Assembly: GCA_951406725.2 (NCBI GenBank) | Contig: OX597818.1 | Coordinates: 80,352,001 to 80,416,000, forward strand | Origin: Octopus vulgaris | Lineage: Eukaryota | Reading direction: 5' to 3' | DNA: 64,000 nucleotides | In this document: piece by piece, positions 25,610 through 38,939 of the stretch | Position numbering within the stretch: the stretch's first letter is position 1 | Layout: each line of letters opens with the position of its first letter | The notes under the pieces: generated by a model | What the model saw: the letters and a program-made list of their open reading frames with translations, nothing else | The model's database searches: none | What the model was told of the DNA's origin: nothing | Translations under genes and position numbers: made by a program

Positions 25610-27450
25610 AATACCTCCTCCTCCTCCTCTTCAAAACCTTCCCCAATACCCATTATTTATACCATCACGGCCGCCGCCACCACCACCACCACCACCTACA
25701 CAGCCACCACCACCACCACCACCACCACCACCGCCGCCACCGCCGCCACCGTCATCATTACTGCTTCAACTGTTATCACAATGAGTTTCACAATAAACCA
25801 TCATGATAAATACCTACAACACCACTAGCCATCACGATCTCCAACAATACCATCGACCTCTGCACCCACCACCACAATCAGCATCATGACCAACGCAATC
25901 ACCACCAACACCTTCACTACAACCACCACCACCACCACTACTACTACTATAACGAACGTCGCCATCACTATCACCAACACTACCACCACTACAACCACCA
26001 ATGTCACACAACCATCGACCTCCCCTCCATCACCAGTACAACCGAGGCTACCACAACTACAGCTAACATCGCCTCAACTACAACCAACCCCCACTATCAC
26101 CACCACAAAAAACAACGTCACAACCACCACTACAACCAACGCCAACACTACTACTACAACCAAGGCTGCAGTCACCACCACCACCACTACTACAACCGAC
26201 GCCACCACTACTACTACTACCACTACAACTACAACCAACGCCATTACTACCGCTACAACCCACACCACCACAACAGCCAACGCCACAAACCAGAACTACA
26301 ATTGACGCCACCATTACCACTACAACCAACGCCACCATTACTATTACAACCACCACCACCATTACAATCAATGCTACCACCACTACTACAATCAACACTG
26401 CGTTAACCACTACAATCAACACCACCACCACCACCACTACAACCAGCACCAGAAGAAATATCTCGGGTTAAACTAAGGAGTTCTATGTGGTCGCCTGATC
26501 TGTTAGAAACAACAGTAAAATCTATCTAAATTCATATTATACGACCTTTGGAAAAAGAAAAAAGAGAACTTTAGATAATGTTGTCTTATCTACATTGTGA
26601 CTTGGGTAAAACTGGATGGTCATATTGGAACAACTTTGATCATAGGCCTGCTCAATCGGACAAATAGCTGGAAACCAACACCAAGAAAGACCATATGTTC
26701 ACCACCACCACCACCACCACTACCACCACCATTATTACCATGACGACCAACAATAAATAACCACACAACAACTAATGACGAAAGCCATACCCATCACTCA
26801 AAGACTATCACAAATATCATCTATCTTCTGTCTTTAACTTGTTTCAGTCATTTGACTGCGGCTATGCTGGAGCACCGTCACTCAAGATCAATCACAACCA
26901 CCATAACTACCAATCCCAGCATAATCACTTATACGATCACCACCACCACCACCACCCCACCACCACCACCATTACCACCTCAATCACCACCAAAACTACC
27001 ATCACACCTACCACTCACCACTACCACCTTAACGACTACTACCATTACATTTCCTTCGACCACCACCACCACCACCACCACCACCAGCATCATCATCACC
27101 ACCATTACATCTAGCAAGCATCACCACTGCCACCACAACGGCAACTACCATCACATTTGCCAACTACCGCCAACACAGTCACTTGCTACAGCTACAACTA
27201 CAACCACAACAACTACTGTTAAATCTACTGCTCAACAGCAACACCAACATCGACACATCCACCAAATCACCGGCAGTTCTATCGCTAACTGCGGCTGCCC
27301 CTAGAATCATTATCATCACCACCATCACAACCATCACAATTACCATCGTAGACACTAATGACTACCATACACAACCACTAACACCGCTTCCGTTGCCGCC
27401 GCCGCACCACTTCACCGTCGTCCATTTTTACCAAACACCAGCCATTGCTA
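25610..27450. repeat. (ACC/ACT/ACA)n cryptic trinucleotide low-complexity region
   Basis: Directly visible; interrupted by short repeat fragments. Confidence 0.9.
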
Positions 27451-27802
27451 TCAATAAAAGTCATTTTCTTTTTGCTTCCCATTTTCTTATTTCCCTTCTA
27501 TATTTGGTCTCCATTCTCATACCTTTTATATACTTAGTCACTGCAGTTCTCATAGCTTTTATATATCCAAACTCGCCAGTTTATTTGGTCTCGTAGTTGC
27601 TTTCTGAGATATAATTACCAACCACTGATTTGATCTGATCTTTTATATTTACACATCATTTAAACCTCCCCATCTCATTCTCTCTATCCTTCTCTCTCCC
27701 CCCCACCTCGCTCTTTCTCTCTTCATTTTCTAGCCGCCCGGCTGCCTGTCTACATTATTTCTATTATATTTCCTCCCTACGTATACACACGCACACACAT
27801 AA

Positions 27803-27834
<32 letters not shown>

Positions 27835-28607
27835 GCGTGTGTATTTGTATGCATACATATATATATACACATATCTATATGTATATGTATAGATGTGCAC
27901 GCGCAAATATATAGCGATATCTAACTACATAATCATACCTCTCTTTCTTAATATCCGTGTCTGAATTTTTCATTCACCAATTTCTTACACTATCTATCTA
28001 GCCCTTTATATAAACATATATACACATCTATGTGTACACACACACGCACACGCACACACGTCCCCCACACACATACATAATCTAAGTGCCTGGTAGAGTA
28101 TAAATGTACGATATTTCCAAAGAAGCACTCAAGCCGAGTTCTGGGCTATCAGCGCTATCATATTCTAGACTAATACCGAAATTCTTCAGGTGTAGAAAAT
28201 CCTGGTTTCACAAATGTAAAACCGATTGTAAAACCGTTGGGTCTAGCGAACAGTAAAATATAATCCAAATATTAAGACAAATAATTACTTTAACAAGTGA
28301 AATGACCTGGTCTTACGTAGGCTTTGAGTTGGGATCTGTGTTTAGGGTTAGCGATTTTCAACCAGGGTTCATATGCTCCTTGGAGTTCATATCAGATTTT
28401 TAGGGGCCCACACAAGCAAAATAGAATATTGGATCCCCATTAGTATTTTAAGGGTCCACGAAAAAATGTTGCCTTAGATGTACTTATTGCAAGAAGCAAC
28501 TAGGTTTCTTTCTCAAATGCCAACGCAAGGGAGTGTGCGAATAACAAAATAGGGATTTTGAAAGACATATCTATAAAGCTAGTTTTTTTAAACATAGAAT
28601 TACTATG

Positions 28608-29028
28608 AGTAAGTGTCATTTTCTATTTGCTTCTATCTAGAAAACAAAGGAAATGACTACTATTCCCTTCAAACTTTGCTTCTGTGACCTGGATATCAAT
28701 GCTTTGAAACTGACCTATTTTCCATTACATCTCTGACAGATTCAGTGTTGAGTTGCTAAAGCAGAAGTAACGTTATAACAAATATTTTGCTCAATACCAC
28801 AGACTTGCTTGTCAGTTACTAGACATTAAACACTTGAGCATGTCCCTTAGTGGCTGACAATACGTGCATCTCTGATTATGAGCAGGAGTAGTAGAGAAGC
28901 ATCATAGTCCTGTATTAAGAGGGATTCTTTGGGGCTTGAATAAATGTAACAAAAGCAAAGTTTGAAGGAAATATTAGTCATTTTTTAAATACTTTCTTGG
29001 GGTAAACAAATAGGAAATAACAGTTACT
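28608..29028. mobile_element. foldback/MITE with ~80-bp imperfect TIRs and a captured internal fragment
   Basis: AAATGACTACTATTCCCTTCAAACTTTGCTTCTGTGAC vs GTAACAAAAGCAAAGTTTGAAGGAAATATTAGTCATTT. Confidence 0.7.
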
Positions 29029-29109
29029 ACCTAAGGACAAAAATCGCATTAGACAGTGTTATATGATTGTGAAACAAAGGAATAAATGTTTAACAAGATA
29101 CTAGCTCTT

Positions 29110-29421
29110 TTTTTTCTCACTTGTTTCAGTCATTGGACTGCAGCCATGCTGGGGGATCGCCTTGAAGGGTTGTAGTCGGAAAAAAATCGAACCCAGCACT
29201 TAAGTTTTTTAAGTATGATATTGGTTTCTTTTGCCCAGCTGTTATGTTACGCAGACATAAACAAACCAGCACCGGCGGTCAAACAGTGCGTGTGTATTGG
29301 AAGGTGACAAACACAGATACAAACACACTCACACACACACATAGACATACTTGCATACACACACGCACACACACACATATACACACACACATATACACAC
29401 ACACATGCACACACACACATG

Positions 29422-29483
<62 letters not shown>

Positions 29484-29770
29484 GTTGCTATTATGTAAAA
29501 GTTTCGTAAATCCAAAACGCTGCTTTTTCAGAAAACGAAAAAAAAAAATTTCACCATAGCAAAACCGTTGTACTACACTTTGATAATTATTGATATCTTC
29601 GCATCTGAAGCAGCTGGAGATACGATAATTTGACCAAAAGAACTGGCTATTGCAAGCAAAAATAAATATTGAAAAAGAAAAAAAAAAGCATTTGGCCAAA
29701 TTTGGACATACGACTGTTTAACATAATACCAACGATATATAAATATATATATATATATATTTATATACAT

Positions 29771-29853
<83 letters not shown>

Positions 29854-30015
29854 GTGCACACACATACAGAAAGAGAGAGATTTTTTCCGTCTACAAAATG
29901 CACTTACCAAGCACTGGTTGGTGCGGGGCTATAGTGGAAGACCCACAAGGTGCCACACAATGGGAATGAACCCGAAGGCCATGGTTGCGAAGCAAGTTTC
30001 TTAACCACACAGCCT
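29110..30015 (-). mobile_element. SINE family B halves separated by microsatellites and unrelated sequence
   Basis: 3' half 29110-29320, 5' half 29880-30015. Confidence 0.65.
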
Positions 30016-31068
30016 TTTCTATACAACTTTATATCTAAAAAAAAAAAGGGGGTGGGTGGAGGGGAAAGAGAAAGCAAGAGATACGTATGTAGTCACAAGT
30101 GAAATGCAGGAGTATGCGCAATCAGTGTCGATCTGGGGCAAAAGAATAACAAACACAAAGGAATAACATGACTATTTCAGCGAATATCTGGCCAGAAAGA
30201 ACGAATGAATCAACGAAGGACTAAATGGCAAAAGTTGCTTGGAATTAACGCAAAACTATTATGTGGTCGTGCTTCTGACAAAGAACATGTTATCAGGGAA
30301 TACTATACGCTAATTAAAAGGGAAATATATTGTAATCAGAGCTCTCTGTGGACAAATAATCAATAGGCACGATATGTTTTGCTGTAACAGTACGCGTACA
30401 CAACATTTAGATTGCTTCAGGGGAAACACTCACACAATACATACATATATATATATACATCTATGTATGTATAGTGTTGGTGTTTGTGCTTATGTATGTA
30501 TTGTGCGTGTATATATTGTTTGTACGTATACATATATCTATCTATATATATATATTATTTATATATGTACATTATGCAGTATTTTACCTGCATAATTTGA
30601 AAGTTTAAACTGGTAATTTTCAAGACTTAACAAATAACAATAAACTGTATATATGTATTATAATACATGAACGTATATGCGCACACATATGTATGCATAT
30701 GCACATACACACCAAAAGACACACACATACGCACAAATAAATTATGTATGTGTGTGTGAGAGAGAGAGACAGAGAGAGAATGTGTGTATGTATGTATGTA
30801 TGTATGTATGTATGTATGTATGTATGTATGTATGTATGTATGTATGTTTGTATGTGTATATATACATTTATAAAGGTGAAAATTCTCAGTCACAATCAAC
30901 TGTTTTATTCTTCCCTATTCTATGAAAATCACCCAGTTTGTATGACTTTTCGTAATTTAGTAAATGTCGGATAAAATTTATGGAAGAAGCGGTCTTTGTA
31001 CTGACTATCAAAATGGTATAAAGCCTTTCAATGACGTGACATAGCAGTTCTTCGGAATGGAATAAACA

Positions 31069-31151
<83 letters not shown>

Positions 31152-31492
31152 ACACACACACTTACTTCACCTCTGCAATAATTTAAAACCTATTTAATAT
31201 TAATACGATGGACTCAATACACTAGAGGATGAAGAACGTTGAAGTTTATTAAAACAGATATTCAACATAGTGGCCATTTTGTTTTACCGTATGTAACGGG
31301 TTTTCAAGAATGATTAATAATGGTATCTAAGAAAAGGACAGTGTATGTCAGCATAGAAGTGCTAAGAAATCTGCATTAAAACACGGTTCTACTAATGAAC
31401 AAATAAAAGTATTACCAAATGAAATGATAGCCGTTAGGAGTAAAGCGTACTATATTATATTTGCATGTTAGTATACTGCTATATGTCTACAG

Positions 31493-32002
31493 TGTGGAGG
31501 CGCAATGGCCCAGTGGTTAGGGCAGCGGACTCGCGGTCGTAGGATCGCGGTTTCGATTCCCAGACTAAGCATTGTGAGTGTTTATTGAGCGAAAACACCT
31601 AAAGCTCCACGAGTCTCCGGCAGGGGGTGGTGGTGAACTCTGCTGTACTCTTTCACCACAACTTTCTCTCACTCTTTCTTCCTGTTTCTGTTATACCTGT
31701 ATTTCAAAGACCCAGCCTTGTCCCATTCTGTGTCATGCTGAATCTCCCCGTGAACTACGTTAAGGGTACACATGTCTGTGAAGTGCTCAGCCACTTGCAC
31801 GTTAATAAAAGAGCTGCGACGTCACAGGTGCCAAGCTGTATCGGCCTTTGTCTTTCCCTTAGATAACATCGGTGGCGTGGAGAGAGGAGGCTGGTATGCA
31901 TAGGCGACTACTGGTCTTCCATAAACAACCTTGCCCAACTTGTGCCTCGGAGGGTAACTTTCTAGGCGCAATTTCATGGTCATTCATGACCAAAGGGGGT
32001 CA
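31493..32002 (+). mobile_element. tRNA-derived SINE, head H2 plus tail T2
   Basis: GTGGAGGCGCAATGGCCCAGTGGTTAGGG..GGTTTCGATTCCC A/B boxes; head shared with 62925. Confidence 0.85.
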
Positions 32003-33090
32003 CAGTATGTCTAAAATAGTGGTTCTTAACCATTTTTTGCATATGGATTCCTTTCATTTCCATTTTACTTTATTAGACATTGAATAATGAAAATATAAAA
32101 AAAGCTAACTGTATTTTTATAATTGAATATTATTAGGAATTACATCAAAAAACAAAAAACAAACAAGAAATACTTTGTGTATTGTAGAAGTATTGATATG
32201 GGTGAAGTTATAAAAGCATTGTAGTCTCCTTATAAAAGCATTGTAGTCTCCTATGTTAAACTGCAGAAATGTAGTCTCCTATATTAAACTGCAGAATGCT
32301 CATGGCTTTCTAAATTTTTCGTTATCCACCTCCGCTTTTTTCAGTTTTGAGGGCGCCCTGACCATATAAATCTTTTTCTTGTCAATGTCTTTAATATGAC
32401 ATTATGTTATCCCATTTTCGTTTTAATTTTTAAAAAATCTATATCCGTGTTTCTCCATCCAACTCAGTGATGTGTCTATTAGCTCAGTCTCCATTTTATG
32501 TTTGTTGGTTTCATTACATTGTTCATGTTTTGTTGCTGTAGGTATTAGTTACTTTGATTCTTTACTAAATAGCCAACCGTGTCTCACTTCCGAAGATAAC
32601 ATCTCTTATGGACGCACTGTGTTTAAAAATACGAAACCATTTCAGGAGCAGGCATACATCGTCCCAGCAGCGTCGGTGAGAATACTAAAGCTGTTGCACA
32701 TAACGAATCTACTAAATATATTTTTACTATACTTTATAATCTTTACTAAATGTATTGTTTTGTTGATGGACACCATATATCTCATAACGAATTTCTAGTT
32801 ATAGAATATTAGCTAAAAGTTATTCGGCACATTTCCACACCCTCTTCTTTCCAACTGTTTGCTTCTAAGTCATTATCTTGTCGATCTTGCACAACGTTTA
32901 AGTTAGCATCAAGTTTTCTGCCAAGTCGGAGAGTACGAGATTTCTATGTATTAAAGTAGTTTGATAAGTAAATTTGACTTTCAATTGTATAGTTTATAAA
33001 CATAAACTATGTTGACTTTCTATTGAAGCTAAAATCTTGTACTCGTATCCGACTATTCTCTTCCTAGCGCCTTCCTATTATGCACTTTTA

Positions 33091-33343
33091 ATAACAAATA
33101 TAAATGCGCCCTTTTAAAGCCTAGCCAGGCTCATGGGCCCGGTTTCCCGGTTTCTATGGCGTATGTGTTCCCTAGCTGGACGGGACGCCAGTCCATCGCA
33201 GCGTTACTCATTTTTGCCAACTGAGTGGACTGGAGCAACGTGAAATGAAGTGTTTTGCTCAAGAACACAACGCGTCCAGGAATCGAAACCACAATCTTAC
33301 GATCATGGTGCTAACACCCTAACCACCAAGCTACGCACCTCCA
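33091..33343 (-). mobile_element. SINE family C with 14-bp TSD
   Basis: ATTA(T/C)GCACTTTTA on both sides; matches 6590-6842. Confidence 0.9.
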
Positions 33344-33976
33344 CATTACGCACTTTTACCACAGTTTTAATATCAAATTTGGAGTTGATAGTGTGTGATT
33401 TGCTGTTGATGTCCTTAATGTTTTCAACAATCATGAATTATGATTGAAATCCTTTTTATTCTCGATATTAGTCCAAAATATCTGGAACAAAATATAGGTT
33501 TTTTGTTATCCCTGCATTAAAAATATTTGCATAAACTTAAAGCTTCAATTTTCTTCAGGTGGTTGGTGCCTCGAAATTATTTGGCAATGCATTGTTGTAG
33601 ACTGATTTAACGATTCCTTCATCACTACTCTAGAAATTACGCCGAGGATTGTGTTTTCACAAGGTTACAACAGAGCCGAAACATGTCAGGGATTATTTCT
33701 TGTAAACCCTGAGAAAAAAAATTGAAACAGTATTATTATTCATGGAAAAACATTGTTTCTCTTCCTCGTATTATTGTTTATAGTTCGCATTTCAATGCTC
33801 CTTACATTAAACATGTTAACACTAATATAATATGAATAATGTCTGGTAGGGTCTCGGCTTTAATGCAGGAGAACCACATATATATATAAACTAAGTGTAT
33901 GCGTATGCATATGAGATATCTGCATGTGTGAGTCTCTGTGAGTGCGTATATCTGTGAGTGTCATTGTGTGTGTGTG

Positions 33977-34016
<40 letters not shown>

Positions 34017-34789
34017 AGGCTGTGGGAGCTTGTTGGACTGACTAGCGAAGTATGGCGATCTCGACTTAATTCGATGTAGGGAAGGCGACTACTGTCTGGC
34101 CAGCTGGTGTACAATATTTACATTAATAACCATATTAATTAGAATACCAATTTATATCGGAAGCAACATACATACATACATACATACATACATACATACA
34201 TACATACATACATACATACATACATACATACATGCACTCATGCATATATACATACAATTACAAACTTACATACGCGCACTTGCATACATACACCTACATA
34301 AACATACATACATGCACATACTTACAGGCACATACATAAATATATATAGAGAAAAATTATGCAGTCAAAGAGGTCAGCTTCTCTACAGATGTAAACAATT
34401 CGAAAGTCTGTGAGAAAGACAATATTTATCGACAACTAATTCGAAATTATAGGTTCTTTACTCAGAATATATATTTATATTTATATCAAAAATTGTTGGT
34501 AAAGCTGGCGATATTAGTAAATAATATAAGTGATAATCACGAAGATCTAGGAATTTCAGACATTGAATGTAACCAGCTGAAACACACTTTACGTATACAA
34601 TCTGTAATCGGAAGCGTAAAAGTATGGAAAACTTTTCTAAATTTAGCATGTAGCAAATATATAATTTTATGTCATCTAAACACCAGTGGTGGAGGTATTT
34701 CTTTGTTAGAAAACATTTCTTTCTCAATGAGGAGAATTCAAATAATTATAAAAGGAAGCTGTTCATATATGGTGGTCGTCATACACATA

Positions 34790-35241
34790 GACGAGTATGA
34801 CCATCGCTGAGAAATTATCTTATACTAGATGTTAAAGACAATGGCTGTCAGCAATGCAGGTGATGAAATTTTAGGTCAATAACAGGTTACACGCAACCAG
34901 TAGGACTCTCGTTTACTAAACCAAGTAGACCAGAAATAAGCCAGTGCAAGATCTTCGGATTTTCAATGAGGCGGGTGTTATTTGGAAATTCCTTCTGCTA
35001 GAGAGATGAGTAAACAAAGACTAAGAGTCACTCACTCCCAACTGCTGAATGATCATTGACTCTACTGAGTTTATCCGGTTTTGACAGGCGTTGATTTTCG
35101 TCCTACTGGGTGTCAAACGAAAAGCACCCTCATTCACAAAGCAGGCAAAGTAGAGTCGCTGGTTTAGTCGTCGACGATCCGACCACGCTGCAGGTTATAC
35201 TGAGTCACATGTTACCAGTAGCAGTTAGATTAACCTGACAT
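34790..35241 (-). mobile_element. ~450-bp non-coding interspersed element (RTE-5'-like; strand inferred)
   Basis: Colinear diverged copy at 56823-57275 (GACGA..ATGACCATCGC ... ACCTGACATA). Confidence 0.65.
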
Positions 35242-35299
35242 ACATACATACATACATACATACATACATACATACATACATACATACATACATACATAC

Positions 35300-35530
35300 G
35301 CTGCTTTCTTCCAAGGAATTTAATGCTCTTAGCTTAGTTTTTTCCTTGGGGCTGGCCAGATTCGAGCATCTCAAGAATAATCAGCTGAAATTGCGAGGAT
35401 AATCTGGTGCTTGACTGAAGGTAGAAAACTTCGAATGACCCGTCCTTATTTTCTTTGTATCATCTATCTGGATGCTTTTTTTGTCCCTTTTTGTATCACC
35501 TAGCTATCCGGATGTTTTGCGTTCTTGTCC
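35300..35530. repeat. interspersed repeat, possibly a Penelope-like terminal region
   Basis: Homologous to ~40300-40490 and, in reverse, ~61130-61340. Confidence 0.6.
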
Positions 35531-35678
35531 CATTTTGTATTTTGTACATACATACATACATACATACATACATACATACATACATACATACATACATACA
35601 TACATACATACATACATACATACACACGCACACACACACATACATACACACACACATACATACATACATACATACATA

Positions 35679-35864
35679 TCTATATATTAATACGCTAAGG
35701 CCGCTGACACGTATTAGCTGAAGGGAGAGTTGAAGAGCGAGAGAAAAAGAGAGAGAGGGAAGTGCTATCGACGTGGGGTAGAGGGAATGTAATAGTTATT
35801 ATGCTAAGACACTGTCAAATGGTTAGAGAGACCGAGAGAGAGAGTTAGCACTCAGAGGAAAGAC

Positions 35865-35938
<74 letters not shown>

Positions 35939-36419
35939 GATTGAAAGCAATGCAGGAGTGGAAAGTAGTTACATGATTTTGTGACAGGTAATAAAAATAA
36001 AAGTTTAGTTTACTATTTCAGGTTTTAATGTTCAACCGTTTCTATATCTTCAATCTGTCGATGAATCTATGTAGATAGATAGGTTTATTGACGGATAGAA
36101 GATAGAAAGACAGATGGCTAGGTACGTAGACACATAGTTAAATCAAAGTGAAATAACCTTAGCAATTCGCTGTGAGTGTTACTTTTACTTTTCTATGTGT
36201 AGCAGCGCAAAGGCTGAGGCCATGCTGGGGCACCGCAATTATTTAGTTTTATTTTCAGTATTGTTAGAGTAGACAGATACATGCATCGACAGAAATGTAA
36301 ATAAAATATGATAGGTAGGTAGGTAGGTAGGTAGGTAGGTATGTATGTATGTATGTAGGTAGGTAGGTAAGTAGGTATGTATGTAGGTAGGTAGGTAGGT
36401 AGGTAGGTAGGTAGGTAGG

Positions 36420-36491
<72 letters not shown>

Positions 36492-36617
36492 CTGATTGAT
36501 TGACAAATTAATTGATTGCCCTTTCAATACTGCCCATGTGGATTCTTTTGAGAAAAAATATACAATTCTATCATACAATTTTCAAAATAATCGTGGAATT
36601 TCCAAGGATACTGCTAG
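35679..36617 (+). mobile_element. non-autonomous Helitron followed head-to-tail by a second copy
   Basis: A|TCTATATATTAATACGCTAAGG start; CGTGGAATTTCCAAGG hairpin and GATACTGCTAG end; the same start recurs at 36618. Confidence 0.7.
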
Positions 36618-36773
36618 TCTATATATTAATACGCTAAGGCCAGATGCGTTACGCTGTCATGTAATTAGTTGAAGGGAGAGGCGAAGAGCGAGAGAAGAAG
36701 AGGGTGAGAGACAGAGAAAGAAAGAAAAGAGAGAGAGGGAGAGGTGTTAACGACGTGAAGTAGGAGGAAAATA

Positions 36774-37005
36774 ATAATCTTTACTACCCACAAGGGGCTA
36801 AACACAGAGGGGACAAACAAAGACAGACAAACGGATTAAGTCAATTACATCGAACCCAGTGCGTAACTGGTACTTAATTTATCGACCCCGAAAGGATGAA
36901 AGGCAAAGTCGACCTCGGCGGAATTTGAACTCAGAACGTAAAGGCAGACGAAATACGGCTACGCATTTCGCCCGGCATGCTGACGTTTCTGCCAGATCGC
37001 CGCGT
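36774..37005 (-). mobile_element. SINE family A, full length, 16-bp TSD
   Basis: AAGTAGG(A/T)GGAAAATA at 36758-36773 and 37006-37021. Confidence 0.92.
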
Positions 37006-37346
37006 AAGTAGGTGGAAAATAAGTGTTATTACGCTAGTATGCTTGTCAAGGGAAGAGAGAGTGGGGGGGGGGGGAGAAAAAGGGAGAGAGAGAGAGAGAG
37101 AGAGAAACAGACAGACAGACAGACAGACATACTGACAGACCGAGAGGTAAACAGACAAACAGGAGAGTGTGTGTTTGCGAAATGAAGCAAGAGAAAAGGT
37201 ATGGCAATTACGTTGAGTGGTTAGTAGAAGAAAGTAGAGAGCAGAAAGGGGGAGATAAATTAGAATTTTTTCACCACGGTAAAGGCAGTGAATTTACTTT
37301 TAGAATACGCCACAAACTTATTTTAACTAATTTAATGTTCATTATA

Positions 37347-37710
37347 GGCGCAGGAATGGCTGTGTGGTAAGTAGGTTGCTTACCAACCACACACGGTTCC
37401 GGGTTCAGTCCCACTCCGTGGCACATTGGGCAAGTATCTTCTACAATAGCCTCGGGCTGACCAAAGCCTTGTGAGTGGATTTGGTAGACGGAAGTTAAAA
37501 CAAGCCCGTCGTATATATGTGTGTGTGTGTGTGTGTGTATATGTTTGTGTGTCTGTGTTTGTCCACCCAACATCGCTTGACAACCGATGCTGGTGTGTTT
37601 ACCTCCCCGTAACTTAGCGGTTCGGCAAAAGAGACCGATAGAATAAATACTAGGTGCTCCACCATGGCCGCAGTCAAATGACTGAAACAAGTAAAAGAGT
37701 AAAAGAGTAT
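37347..37710 (+). mobile_element. SINE family B, young copy
   Basis: GGCGCAGGAATGGCTGTGTGGTAAG..GGGTTCAGTCCC; tail GTAAAAGAGTAAAAGAG. Confidence 0.9.
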
Positions 37711-38096
37711 TTATTCCAAATCACTGCTTGGAGCTGATGCTGTTACTTTTATTCTGACCAGGCGATCCAGTAGTGCAATTCAGTCACTGATGTTGACTGT
37801 ATTTCTAGTTAAAGCTACGGTTTTGAATCTGTCCAGGGTTATCTCTCTTTGCTATTTCTCATTGAGGAAGACTACGGAGCCAGAAACGTGCATCTGGTAA
37901 TGTGGACAGATACGGCATTTTAGACATTTTACCATAAGAGAGAATATTTTCTACGCGCTAACTGCAGCAAATTTGCCCTTGTAAGTTAAAATATGTTGCA
38001 AACATTGCAACTAACCTAAATTTTATTTATTCCTAATCACTGTTTGTCGCTCAGGTATGATCTTTCTTTCTTGGCTCGACTGCCGGCCGCGAAGCA

Positions 38097-38907
38097 TCTC
38101 TTATTATAAAAGGCAGATTTTATCTGCCTCCCTTTGGGAGTTATACAAATCTACAATATAGGATTTCTTCAATTACAATTTACCTAGCAATTTTAAGAGT
38201 ACAATGCATCGCGTCATGCCAGGTCCAGTTTTTAAAATTTAAACTCCAATTAAGCAAAATTTACAGAAAACTCACATTCTGGTGTGTGTGTCAAATGCTT
38301 TTCTTAGTCTGGTTTACACCACACGCAAACGCACACACACAGTGGGCAACGAATAAAGTGAAACTAGATGTAATATTTGTTTCTCTCTATCACGCTGATA
38401 GATACATGAGTAAAATGTATGGGAAGCTAACACATAAGTGTGAGTGAAAATGTTCTTGGAAGAGAGTAAATAGCCAGAGATAGTGATTTGAGGAACACTC
38501 ATACATACATACATACATACATACATACATACATACATACATACATACATACATACATACATACATACATACACACACATACATACATACACACACACAC
38601 ATACATACATACACACATACATACATACATACATATACATACATACATACACACACACATACACACACACACATACACACACACACAGTATTGAAGCTTG
38701 AGAACAATCAGATACATTTGCAACACATCTGTTGAAAATATTATTGTTCACACACATACATATACATATATACATACAGACAGACAGACAGATAGACACA
38801 CACACACACACACATGATCCAGCATGGCCACAACCTCAAGGCTGAAACATATAAAAGAATAACAGAATATAAATGTGTGCATGTGTGTGAGAGAGAGAGT
38901 GTGTGTG

Positions 38908-38939
<32 letters not shown>

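Noticed and set aside
25465-27596. Mucin-like Thr-rich and His-rich ORFs
   Set aside because: Cryptic ACC/ACT repeats open in several frames and on both strands, interrupted by repeat fragments; no splice or signal evidence
31493-31570. Functional tRNA genes at SINE heads
   Set aside because: A/B boxes are present but they continue into SINE bodies and lack intact cloverleafs
33635-33730. CCGAGGA / GAAACATGTC / CTGAGAA hammerhead pieces
   Set aside because: Palindromic stem III is present but stem I cannot be closed in register; at most a rearranged remnant
34493-34810. 105-aa ORF as a host exon
   Set aside because: No recognisable motif or clear splice sites; the end runs into an interspersed repeat
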